The translations under genes and the position numbers were made by a program. Source: an uncultured Verrucomicrobiae bacterium (GTDB taxonomy: Bacteria > Verrucomicrobiota > Verrucomicrobiia > Chthoniobacterales > Chthoniobacteraceae). From it: a stretch of 64,000 nucleotides of DNA. Shown here piece by piece: positions 49,342 through 58,635 of this stretch. Location: positions 256,001 through 320,000 of the forward strand of contig CAWHEP010000009.1 in NCBI GenBank assembly GCA_963828525.1. The letters run 5' to 3'. The notes beneath the pieces are model-generated. The model did no database searches. It saw only the letters and a list, made by a program, of their open reading frames with translations, and was not told the DNA's origin. Position 1 is the stretch's first letter. Each line of letters begins with the position of its first letter.

Positions 49342-52143
49342 CTAACCCGGTTCAGATTGCTCGGACGCCCCTTGCAAAGTCTTTTGCAACTGATCGATTG
49401 CGGCAGCCCCCTTGATCTTCCGACCTTCGGTGTTGCTAACGTAGAAGCTATCGATGGCGGCTCCTTTCTCCGTGGTGATACGAGAGAGAGCGATATTGAT
49501 TCCAGCCGAAGCAAAGCCTCTCAGAAGATGATGCAGCAAGCCGAGGCGATCGGGAGTCTGGATTTCCACAAGGGTGTAGATCGGATGCACATTGTTATCG
49601 ATCACGATCCGGGTAGGCATTTCAAGTTCATGCGACAGCCCGTACGCCCGACGCTTTTTCGCCTTCTTCAACAAGGGACCGAAATCATAAACCTCTTGCG
49701 CCAAAGAATCGTTCATGGTCCTGGCCACCTTGGAAATTTCACGCTCGTCTGTCACCGCGCCAAACTTGGGCGTGCAGACGCGGAAGATGTCAAAGACAAC
49801 GTTATCGTGCCGCGAGAAGATGTCGGCGCTCAGAATATTCAACTGGGCGACGGCAAACGAGCCCGCAATCTTTGCAAGCAATTCCGCGCGGTCCCACGAG
49901 CAAATCCACACTTCACTATGCCCCTGATTAGGATGCGCTATCCAATGCACTGTGGGAGCGAGCGGGCATCCCTCGTTCGCATTTTGGTCCAGGAGAAAGG
50001 ATCGAAAGTGACGGATGTGCGCCGCGCAATCCGCGGCGGAATAAGCGGCAAAATACGAATCCGGCATTTGCTCGAAATGGATGTCAATTTCGTCCGCGAA
50101 GCTTGCGGGCAACTTCTTGGTCGCGGCTTTCCGCAGTTCTTCACGTTCCACCTGCCGCTCCCGGTAGAATGATTCCTCTCCGTCCAGGTAGTGAGTCGTG
50201 CCCCGGTAAAGCTGCCAGACGAGCGACTCCTTCCAATCTGACCAGTTCTCGTCGCCCGTGCCCTGGCCATCTGCCAGAGTCATAAGCATCAGAGCGTTCA
50301 ATCCCGCGTGGCTTTTGACCACGCCCGCAAATTCGGCAATTGTCGCGGGATCTTCCACGTTACGTCTCTGCGCGGTGCTGGACAAGGTAAGATGATTGTC
50401 CACAAGCAGGATGAGAAGCTTGCGCCGCTCGGAGGAAAGCTGCAGCCGAGCCGCGACCTTCTGCGCGAATAACGCGCTTGCTTCGGCGTGGTATCGGGCA
50501 TTTGAGGCCTTTCCCGTATCGTGAAGAAGCAGGGCGAGGTAGAGCACGAAAGGATCTTCCAGGCGCTGGAACATCAAGCGGTAATCCGCAAGGCGAGGCT
50601 CTTTCGTGTCGATTAGCCGATCCAGCTTCTCGATGCAAACCAGCGTATGTTCATCCGCGGTGTACCGGTGAAAAAACTCGTGCTGCACAAGGCAGGTCAA
50701 TTGCCCGAATTCCGATATATACCTCCCAAGAAAATCCACTTCGTGCATCATCCGCAGAATGCGGCCAACCTGCCCTTTTTGGCTGATGATGGCGTTAAAC
50801 GTTTCCCTCGTGGCCCTCGCGTACTGAAAAGTCCGATCCACCAAGTGGAGCCGGCGGTGAATGAGCTGTTGTAACTCCGCGCTCAGCGCGAGATGGCGTT
50901 TCTGCGCGTGCAGAAAAAGACGCATCATCCGGTAAGGCTCCTTATTGAAAATATCACGGGCATCCGGGTAGATGAGGCCGCCCGTGCTGTAAAACCCGTC
51001 GAAACTCTCCTTCTTCTCCGCGCGATTAAGCAGCAGGCCAAAGAAGCCGGGCGCGCGTGTATCATCGATTCCCGCGACCAGCCTGGCGGAAATCAGTTCC
51101 GTGATGCTGAAGACTGTTCTTGAATGCTGATGGTCCTCCCGCATGAAAGCCTCGCCACGCCGGAGAACATTTTTCTGCGTGTAGTTTAGCTTATTGGCGA
51201 GCTGAAGCTGGAAGTTCAGTGTCACTACGTCCGTCGCCCTCTTGTTCAGGTAATGGAGTTCTGTGCGGACTCGTAGTAAAAAGTCATACGCGCGGTCGAG
51301 CTTCCGCCGTTCCGCGTCCACAAGCAGCTTCTTCTCGACCAACCCCTGCATGGTGGAGATGCCCTCCTTAAAATAGGCCATCCATAACAGGTTCTGATAA
51401 TCCCTCAGCCCGCCACAGCCGTTTTTGATGTTCGGCTCCTGAAGATACACCGTGCCAGCGTGTTTTTCGTGACGCTCCCTCTGGTTGACGACGCGCTCCT
51501 GAAGATATTTACGCTCGGAGCCTCTGACGCAGCGTCGGACAAACTCCGCCTTGAATTCATCGAACAGCGCCCCGTTGCCGGCTACGAAGCGGGCCTCCAG
51601 CAGCGAGGTTTTGGAGAGCATGTCCGTGTTTGCCTGCCGGATCGCGCCCGAAACCGAGCGCGTCGAGTGCCCAACCTTCAATCCGACATCCCACAGCATG
51701 TAAAGTATCGTCTGAATCACCTCATTCGCCTTCGGAGATACCGATTTCATCGACGCGGGATGCAGGAACATGATGTCCACATCACTGTAGGGATTCAGCT
51801 CTCCCCTTCCGTATCCACCGATCGCGAGAAGAGCGAGGTCGCTGGTGAGTTCCCCGATCAGGGAGGCATTGCAACCGGCTTCGAAAAGATGCCGAAGAAC
51901 GATGTCGAGCAAGGTCGCTCGCTGATCGGCAATTTCCTTGCCACCTCCGCCCGCGTAATGCTTGAGGCGCAGGCGATGGTTTTCGATCTTCAGGAACTTC
52001 TTGTAGAGAGCGAGAAGTTCCCCTGGCTTTTGCCGGCCTTGCGCGGCCAACTGCTGTTCGGCGTGGGCAAGAACTTTCTCCCGATGGAGCATCGGGCCCT
52101 TGCTCGTGAGTTTTTCCATTCGTTCAACAACGTAACAGGCCAT
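49342..52143 (-). CDS. glnD: [Protein-PII] uridylyltransferase / uridylyl-removing enzyme
   Basis: AIGGYGRGELNPYSDVD, EPNIKNGCGGLRD, HRYTADEHT, LLHDTGK, two ACT domains (DRAELL, DRLGLL). Start may be 52119. Confidence 0.95.
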   Translation of the reverse strand: MACYVVERMEKLTSKGPMLHREKVLAHAEQQLAAQGRQKPGELLALYKKFLKIENHRLRLKHYAGGGGKEIADQRATLLDIVLRHLFEAGCNASLIGELTSDLALLAIGGYGRGELNPYSDVDIMFLHPASMKSVSPKANEVIQTILYMLWDVGLKVGHSTRSVSGAIRQANTDMLSKTSLLEARFVAGNGALFDEFKAEFVRRCVRGSERKYLQERVVNQRERHEKHAGTVYLQEPNIKNGCGGLRDYQNLLWMAYFKEGISTMQGLVEKKLLVDAERRKLDRAYDFLLRVRTELHYLNKRATDVVTLNFQLQLANKLNYTQKNVLRRGEAFMREDHQHSRTVFSITELISARLVAGIDDTRAPGFFGLLLNRAEKKESFDGFYSTGGLIYPDARDIFNKEPYRMMRLFLHAQKRHLALSAELQQLIHRRLHLVDRTFQYARATRETFNAIISQKGQVGRILRMMHEVDFLGRYISEFGQLTCLVQHEFFHRYTADEHTLVCIEKLDRLIDTKEPRLADYRLMFQRLEDPFVLYLALLLHDTGKASNARYHAEASALFAQKVAARLQLSSERRKLLILLVDNHLTLSSTAQRRNVEDPATIAEFAGVVKSHAGLNALMLMTLADGQGTGDENWSDWKESLVWQLYRGTTHYLDGEESFYRERQVEREELRKAATKKLPASFADEIDIHFEQMPDSYFAAYSAADCAAHIRHFRSFLLDQNANEGCPLAPTVHWIAHPNQGHSEVWICSWDRAELLAKIAGSFAVAQLNILSADIFSRHDNVVFDIFRVCTPKFGAVTDEREISKVARTMNDSLAQEVYDFGPLLKKAKKRRAYGLSHELEMPTRIVIDNNVHPIYTLVEIQTPDRLGLLHHLLRGFASAGINIALSRITTEKGAAIDSFYVSNTEGRKIKGAAAIDQLQKTLQGASEQSEPG

Positions 52144-52206
52144 AATACCACGGAAAGCTGACTTTGGAATCTCAACAGGCGGTTTTTCACTCCGTAAACC
52201 AGCGGC

Positions 52207-53838
52207 TTAGTCCACAAACCGCTGCGCAACTGGCATTCGGCGGCCGATCCCGAAAGCCCGGCTTGTGACCTTCAGGCCCGGCACAGCTTGTTCACGCTTA
52301 TACTCATTAAGATCGACTTTGCGCACAACCCACCGAACCGTGGCCTCATGGAATCCCCGCGCGATGATGTCACGACCCGACATGTTTTCCTCCACGTACA
52401 ATTGGAGAATCTGGTCGAGCAGATCATACGCGGGGAGCGTATCCTGATCGATCTGGTTCGGCTTCAGCTCGGCGCTCGGGGGTTTCTCAATAGTGGCTCG
52501 GGGGATGATCTCGCGGTCACGGTTAATCCAGGAAGCCAGCCGGTAAACCATTGTCTTGGGAACATCACTGATGACGGCCAGTCCGCCTGCCATGTCTCCG
52601 TAAAGGGTACAATAGCCAACCGCCAGTTCACTTTTGTTTCCTGTGGTTAGAAGCAAATGCCCGAACTTGTTGGAGAGTGCCATCAGCACCATGCCACGAA
52701 GACGCGGCTGCATGTTCTCCTCCGCCGTGTCTTCAGGCAGTCCCCGGAATAGCTCCGCGAACTGGTTTCTAAAACCATCGAACGCGTCCTGAATCGGAAT
52801 CTCAAGGCACCTGATACCGAGGTTGCCCGCCAGCGCTAGCGCGTCATCAATACTGCCGCGGGAGGAAAATCGAGTCGGCATGGAGACGCCAAGCACATTC
52901 TCGCGGCCCAACGCATCCACAGCGATGCATGCGCACACCGCTGAATCAATTCCCCCGCTAAGCCCGAGGACAGCCGATTTGAAGCCGCATTTTGCAAGAT
53001 AGTCCTTCAGCCCCAGCGAAAGCGCGGAGAACACTTCCTCGGATTCTGACGCTTCAGTCCACGGGCAAGTCGAGCTCGCGAGACCATCCACCACCCGGGC
53101 TTCTTCCTTGAAAGAGGCTAGACGCGCCAGGAGTACGCCGCTCGAGCTTACCGCCACCGAATTTCCGTCAAAGATGAGCTGGTCGTTCCCCCCAACCGCG
53201 TTGCAGTAATAGATTTCGCAGGCGCGCCGGGCGGCAAGTTCCGACAGCATCTCCATGCGCAGGCGCGGCTTACCCGCGTGGAATGGCGAGGCGCTCAAGT
53301 TTACAATTATCTCCGCGCCCTGCCGGGCGAGGGAGCCCACCGGATCACATCCGTAGAGCTTCCGGGGCAGGAAGCGCTCCGTCCAAATGTCTTCGCAGAT
53401 GGTAACTCCGACCTTCCTCCCTCCAATCAGCACCGGGAGGCTTGTCTCGCCCGGCTGGAAGTATCGATCCTCATCAAAGACATCGTACGTCGGAAGCAAG
53501 GATTTATGGACTGTCTCACGCGGCACTCCTTTGCGCAGGACTGCGGCGCTATTGCGAAAGGAACGTCCTGAAGAGTCGTGATTACGATCGATGAAACCCA
53601 CAATGAGCGGACAGGTCTCCACCGAAGCATGAATGCGCTCGAGCGCCTCAAGATTTCTGGGAACAAACTGCGATTTGAAGACCAGATCCTGGGGAGGGTA
53701 GCCGGTAATCGCGAGTTCGGGTGTAATGACCAACTCGGCGCCCATGGACACACAATTCTTATACGCGTCCAGAATCTTGGCGGTGTTCCCGCCAAGATCG
53801 CCCACAGTCGTGTTGATCTGGGCGAAGCCTACTCTCAT
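52207..53838 (-). CDS. nadE: Glutamine-dependent NAD+ synthetase
   Basis: CN-hydrolase domain (PEL, ICED), LGLSGGIDS, TGNKSE, PPSAEL. Confidence 0.95.
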   Translation of the reverse strand: MRVGFAQINTTVGDLGGNTAKILDAYKNCVSMGAELVITPELAITGYPPQDLVFKSQFVPRNLEALERIHASVETCPLIVGFIDRNHDSSGRSFRNSAAVLRKGVPRETVHKSLLPTYDVFDEDRYFQPGETSLPVLIGGRKVGVTICEDIWTERFLPRKLYGCDPVGSLARQGAEIIVNLSASPFHAGKPRLRMEMLSELAARRACEIYYCNAVGGNDQLIFDGNSVAVSSSGVLLARLASFKEEARVVDGLASSTCPWTEASESEEVFSALSLGLKDYLAKCGFKSAVLGLSGGIDSAVCACIAVDALGRENVLGVSMPTRFSSRGSIDDALALAGNLGIRCLEIPIQDAFDGFRNQFAELFRGLPEDTAEENMQPRLRGMVLMALSNKFGHLLLTTGNKSELAVGYCTLYGDMAGGLAVISDVPKTMVYRLASWINRDREIIPRATIEKPPSAELKPNQIDQDTLPAYDLLDQILQLYVEENMSGRDIIARGFHEATVRWVVRKVDLNEYKREQAVPGLKVTSRAFGIGRRMPVAQRFVD

Positions 53839-53889
53839 CCCGGGCTTTGGAAGTTTACTGCTGCCCGCGCGACGCCGCGGACGGCGGAC

Positions 53890-54030
53890 CTACTTGTGGC
53901 TGGATATGCCAGTCCGGTTGCTGTAACCGCCGTTTATGGCGTCGTCAGCCCCCGTCACGAATGTCTTATAAAATTCGATCAAACCCGCCGCCACGAATCC
54001 GGCAAGCACCGTGAGGATCACTCTGTGCAT
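53890..54030 (-). CDS. Small hypothetical single-TM protein (46 aa)
   Basis: MHRVILTVLAGFVAAGLIEFYK...; fills the gap between co-oriented genes. Confidence 0.4.
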   Translation of the reverse strand: MHRVILTVLAGFVAAGLIEFYKTFVTGADDAINGGYSNRTGISSHK

Positions 54031-54084
54031 GAATGTTGTCTGCATCCATCGAATGATAGCAGAACGCACCAGACATGTCACGCG

Positions 54085-54771
54085 TTACCAAAAACCCCAT
54101 TGTCCCGTGTCCATAATGTAAAATCCTAGGAGGAGATTCGTGAGTGAATGCGCGAGGACACACGAAGAGAGACTCTTCGTTCTGTAAGCGACAAAATTAT
54201 ATATCGCGCCGGTCAGGAGCGCGGGCACGAAATCTGGTCCGTAATGCGCGAAGCCGAACAGGATGGCGACGCCGCCGAATGACATCCATGAAAAAGTTCC
54301 AAACGGGACATGCTCGAAGTCCTCTTCGATTAAATAGCGCAATAAGAAGCCCCGCCAGAAAACTTCTTCAAGGAAGGGGACGACAATAACAAGGCGGAGA
54401 AACCGCGCGCCGGTATTCAGTAAGAATGCAGGGCCAGAGCAACCAAAAGCGGTGGGATCGAAACCGTTGTATCTGGGCGGAAACCGCAAGAAAGCCTGCG
54501 GCGATATCCAGATCACAAAAACGGCAACCGCGCTGATTACGGTGAGAGACACCAGTCTTGGACGCTCCAGCGCATACTGCCGGCGGAAATACAGCAGTAA
54601 AGCCCCGCATAAGACTGTTTGAACGGGGAATATCCAATATTTCGGAGAATGAAGAAGAAAAGCAGACTCGGTATGAAATACGGCCTGCACCCCATCCGAC
54701 AATGCGAGCAGCGCCATGAACAGAATAAAGGGGGACGCATAGGCAAATGTCGCCCGAAACTTGCTGAGCAT
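54085..54771 (-). CDS. CAAX prenyl protease-related (CPBP/Abi) protein, exosortase-associated type
   Basis: PFLEEVFWRGFLLR, FGFAH, AHSLTNLLLG, ends TGQWGFW. Confidence 0.85.
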   Translation of the reverse strand: MLSKFRATFAYASPFILFMALLALSDGVQAVFHTESAFLLHSPKYWIFPVQTVLCGALLLYFRRQYALERPRLVSLTVISAVAVFVIWISPQAFLRFPPRYNGFDPTAFGCSGPAFLLNTGARFLRLVIVVPFLEEVFWRGFLLRYLIEEDFEHVPFGTFSWMSFGGVAILFGFAHYGPDFVPALLTGAIYNFVAYRTKSLSSCVLAHSLTNLLLGFYIMDTGQWGFW

Positions 54772-54802
54772 AGGTTAGTCGAAGGCAACCGGCATCGGAA
54801 CC

Positions 54803-55030
54803 ATGACTGAAAACGATCCTGAACAATTGTTAAAGACATTCGAGATGGAGATCGCCTTGAAAAGGGCTAAACGCTCGATGTCGTCCAAAGGAAACGCATT
54901 CCGAATCTGGAGCATTCTCATTATTGTCGGAGCGGCGGCGATTGCGTTGTTGTTCCTGCAATCGACTCTCTCACAAATGCCACGGCCCCCTCGGCAGCCG
55001 GCGCCAGATTTTACCGCGCCTCCACGGTAA
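54803..55030 (+). CDS. Small hypothetical membrane protein
   Basis: 75 aa, single TM, Pro-rich tail. Confidence 0.55.
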   Translation: MTENDPEQLLKTFEMEIALKRAKRSMSSKGNAFRIWSILIIVGAAAIALLFLQSTLSQMPRPPRQPAPDFTAPPR

Positions 55031-55170
55031 GCCCCTCCACAGGGACAGGCGGGGCACGAGAGAGTTCCTCTCAAAAGATGGAATTTCGCATGAGCCAGAA
55101 ACGTGCTGGAAACCAGGGAATCAGCATTTGGGGCTAAAAGGACATCGATTCTTTCCTCAAAACGCATTGT

Positions 55171-55186
55171 GGGCATTCATTCTGCT
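55171..55186 (+). promoter_or_regulatory. Sigma54-like promoter (GGGCATT-CATT-CTGCT) upstream of pilM
   Basis: GG-N10-GC, about 13 bp before ATG 55199. Confidence 0.35.
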
Positions 55187-55198
55187 TTAAGGTTCTCA

Positions 55199-56230
55199 AT
55201 GGCAAAAGCCTATAACTCAGTGATCGGGATCGACATCGGCAGGTTCTCCATAAAGGCGGTTGTCGTGCAGCGCCGCGGAAGTAAATACGCAGTCACAAAC
55301 TATGCGTTGAAGCCGATTTCCGACTCTGTGGGAAGCGAGCAACTCGTGTCGGAACTGAAATCGGTTTTGGGGGAAACAGGCAACTCCGCAAAAGGGTGCG
55401 CGGTGGCGATCTCACATTCCGACGCGCTAATCCGCATCATCGAGCAGCCTGAGACGCCGACCACCATTCTGCGTGAAGGTCTCCGCCTAAACGGCATGTC
55501 CCTTCTAAATCAGGATTGCAGAGACTTCGTCCTGGACTGCGATCCGGTGCGCCCGCCTGACAAAGATGCTCCCGTGGAGGCGGGTGGCGGGCCAGCAAAA
55601 GTGAAATACCTGGTCGGCGGGGTTCCTCGCTCTCAGATTACACTCCTTAACGACGCGTTCCAAAAAAACCACCGCCCGGTGCACGTTTTCACGCTGGCCC
55701 CAATCTGCGCGTTCAACGCGTTCGAATTTGCAAAACCGGATGCTTTCAATAACGACGCGTTCATCCTTTTGGACATAGGTCACATCTCTTCGACCGTGAC
55801 CGTTGGCGTGAAGAAAGAACTGATCCTTGTCCGCTCTATCGACTACGGCGGCAAGGCGCTCCACGAGGCATTGAGAAGCCATGTCGAGGCTTCCGGGGAC
55901 AATCCCGCGGAATCTGACGAAGAGACAATGTTCGACAGAGCGCGGGTCTCACTCTCCGCACTGACCCGCGAAGTCAGCAGCTCGATCGGATTTTTTGAAG
56001 GGCGGCGGGAGGAGACCATCTCGCGGATCTTCATCTCGGGAGGCCCGGCGCGATCCAAAGTCGTCCTGCAGATACTTGAAGAAGAATTGCACATGCCCTG
56101 CGAGGCCTGGAACCCGTTTGAAATCTGCGACATCGCCCTCCCAGCGGGCCGTCGCGAAAGCTTCTCGACGGATATGGTGAACTTGAATGTCGCTTGCGGC
56201 GCGGCGGCGGATCTTTTGAAGAGGGGCTAG
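55199..56230 (+). CDS. pilM: Type IV pilus assembly protein PilM (actin-like)
   Basis: IGIDIGRFSIKAV, LDIG...T, ISGG, WNPF, VACGAA. Confidence 0.85.
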   Translation: MAKAYNSVIGIDIGRFSIKAVVVQRRGSKYAVTNYALKPISDSVGSEQLVSELKSVLGETGNSAKGCAVAISHSDALIRIIEQPETPTTILREGLRLNGMSLLNQDCRDFVLDCDPVRPPDKDAPVEAGGGPAKVKYLVGGVPRSQITLLNDAFQKNHRPVHVFTLAPICAFNAFEFAKPDAFNNDAFILLDIGHISSTVTVGVKKELILVRSIDYGGKALHEALRSHVEASGDNPAESDEETMFDRARVSLSALTREVSSSIGFFEGRREETISRIFISGGPARSKVVLQILEEELHMPCEAWNPFEICDIALPAGRRESFSTDMVNLNVACGAAADLLKRG

Positions 56231-56235
56231 TTCTC

Positions 56236-56884
56236 ATGGCGCTGCACCTGAATCTTTACCACGAAATCGAGAAGCAGAAGAGCCAGAGCCGTCGTGACCC
56301 GCTCCGGCTCGGCATCATAGGTCTCGCGTGTGTCGCTCTCGGCTTCGCGCTCTTCTATTTCTACCGTCTCCACCAAGCGGGAGAGGTAGACAACCAACTC
56401 GGCCAGCTTCAGTCCCAATGGGACAAGCTGGATCCGCAACAGAAGGCAGCCCAGGCGCGCCAGGCTGACCTTTCGCAGAGCATCAACACGTGCGACGCGG
56501 TTGTCAGCAAGATTGAACACCGATTGTTTTGGGCGCCATTGCTTGATCAGTTCCTAAAGGTCGTTCCAAAAAATGTGCAGATCACGAGGTTTGACGGATA
56601 CTTCCTCTAACGACAAAACCCAGAGCTGCAGCTTCAACCTCACCGGTATCTCGGCGGGCATGGAACCCCGCCGCGTCGCGGAAATGTTGCGGACTTCGCT
56701 CCAGACTAATTTCTCGGAAAATCACGCGAACGTCACCTCAGCTTTCCAGTCCCTTGAGGATGGCTCGGAGTTTGTCACCGTGGATAGCAGGTCCGTGCCG
56801 GTGGCGAACTTCGCGATCAAGCTGGATATGACGCAGCAACCAGACCCGCAGGTCGCGGAACTCAAGCCAAGGAGGAAGAAGTGA
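56236..56884 (+). CDS. PilN-like protein (apparent frameshift ~56599)
   Basis: LNL motif, TM, coiled coil, W..LL....VPKNVQIT; continues in another frame to 56884. Confidence 0.7.
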
Positions 56885-57429
56885 AGCTGGACAAGGATAA
56901 TACGCAGAAAATCGTGCTGGCCGTCATACTCCTGGTGGGCCTCGTTTACTGCTACTTCACGATGCTTCTTGGACCTCTCGACAAGGGACAAATAGCGGCC
57001 ACTCACCGCATGGCGGAACTGACACCGCAGATTGCGGCCGCCCGCGAAACCATCAAGGCGACGCAAGCTCTCGAAGCCAAGGCTCCCGTCGCCAACGAAA
57101 CGCTGGAACAGATAAAGGGCATGATACCCATGGGCGCGCCCATAGCATGGTTCCCTCCCCGCATGGCTGATTTTTTTAAGCGACAGGGCATTGAGAAAAG
57201 CGCAACCCGCCTGAGTGGGGATCTGCTCGACCCGAGCATGCCAGGATTTCGCAAGCTCTTGTGGACTATCGATCTTCCAAAAGTCGAGTTTGTCCCGCTG
57301 GCCATCGCCATACAAGGGCTTGAGAATGAGGAACCCTTGATCGAGGTGACGTCACTCCAGATCGCGACGGGCGGCGATCCCCAGTTCCAACACGCGTCCA
57401 TCACCCTCTGCGCGATCGTGAGACAATGA
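56881..57429 (+). CDS. PilO-like protein
   Basis: TM, coiled coil, GLENEEPLIEVTSLQI; operon position. Confidence 0.65.
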   Translation: MKLDKDNTQKIVLAVILLVGLVYCYFTMLLGPLDKGQIAATHRMAELTPQIAAARETIKATQALEAKAPVANETLEQIKGMIPMGAPIAWFPPRMADFFKRQGIEKSATRLSGDLLDPSMPGFRKLLWTIDLPKVEFVPLAIAIQGLENEEPLIEVTSLQIATGGDPQFQHASITLCAIVRQ

Positions 57430-57926
57430 AAACGAATTTTTTTCCAAAAGCAGGGCTTGTCATGACTCTGTGCGCCGGATTGATTTCGGTCACACCCCTG
57501 CTTCGCGCACAAGATAGCCAAGGCTACAGACCCAAGAGCCGGTCGATTTTTAAAGGAACACTCGTCGCCCGGGATCCGTTTTGGCCAATTGGCTGGACGA
57601 GAGGCGCCGCCAAGAGCGACGCGATAGCCGTAGCCGCCCCGGAGATCCGAGCGGAGGACTTCACAGTCACCGCAATCCTCCTCGCGTCCCCTGCCCTCGC
57701 GGTGATCAACGGCCGCGAATACAGCGAAGGGCAATATATCCCGCTCTCTGGCGGCGCCGTGAAAGCGCAGATAGCGGCGATCCTCGACGGCAGGGTGCTG
57801 ATTCGCTACAAGGCTAAAACGGTATCAAGTCCCCTCGTTCGGAACGAACATATCTCCTCCCCGCGAGCTTATGTGCCGTCCCTCGATTCGGTAGAAGTTT
57901 CGGCGCAGACTCCTACACCGCGTTAA
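57426..57926 (+). CDS. PilP/GspC-like hypothetical exported protein
   Basis: Signal peptide, RDPFWP, VTAIL...AVING. Confidence 0.55.
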   Translation: MKTNFFPKAGLVMTLCAGLISVTPLLRAQDSQGYRPKSRSIFKGTLVARDPFWPIGWTRGAAKSDAIAVAAPEIRAEDFTVTAILLASPALAVINGREYSEGQYIPLSGGAVKAQIAAILDGRVLIRYKAKTVSSPLVRNEHISSPRAYVPSLDSVEVSAQTPTPR

Positions 57927-58635
57927 GTTGTCCGAGGATCTCCGGATCTCGCACGTCCGCCCACTCTCCAAGCAGTTCGAAAGCTTTCACGCGCTTTCCG
58001 CTTAGAGCCAGGTCCCGAATGGCATCGGTAAGCTCATACTCGCCGCGAGGAGACTTCTCGAGACGCGCGATGAATTCAAAGATGGAGGGGCGAAACGCAT
58101 AGATGCCCGCGTTATACCACGGACTGACGGCTCCCCCCGAAGTTGATTTCTCCTTCAGATCGATCATCTCGAACTTGTCGTTCACGAAAACGGCTCCCCC
58201 TTTTGAGACGTCCTCATTTTTTCTCACGCTTATGATCGCGTCCTCCGCGGCAGTCATTGCTACAAGGCGCGGATAGTTCTCCGGCGCCACCAGGATATCT
58301 CCGTAGCTTAGTATGAAGGGGTCTTCTCCGCAGAAATGCCGGGCAAGCTCAACCACCTTCCCAGTGCCATCCTGAACCACCTGCGACTGATAGCGCACCT
58401 GGACACCAAAGGTTGACCCATCCCCGAAATACGAGCTGACGACATCGGCGCGGTAGCCGACCACCATGAGAAACTCAGTGACCCCGGCCATTCGAAGGCC
58501 CTCAAGGATATGCAACAGGATCGGCTTCCCCCGCACGGGTATCATCGGCTTCGGGATCTCCTCAGTAAGTTCCCGCATGCGAGTTCCCCGCCCTGCGGCC
58601 AACAAGACAGCTTTGTTGATTCCCGCGCTACTCAT
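57913..58635 (-). CDS. Sugar-phosphate nucleotidyltransferase (NTP_transferase)
   Basis: LLAAGRGTRM...PKPM, QDGTG, YGD, SPRGEYELTD. Confidence 0.9.
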   Translation of the reverse strand: MSSAGINKAVLLAAGRGTRMRELTEEIPKPMIPVRGKPILLHILEGLRMAGVTEFLMVVGYRADVVSSYFGDGSTFGVQVRYQSQVVQDGTGKVVELARHFCGEDPFILSYGDILVAPENYPRLVAMTAAEDAIISVRKNEDVSKGGAVFVNDKFEMIDLKEKSTSGGAVSPWYNAGIYAFRPSIFEFIARLEKSPRGEYELTDAIRDLALSGKRVKAFELLGEWADVRDPEILGQLNAV

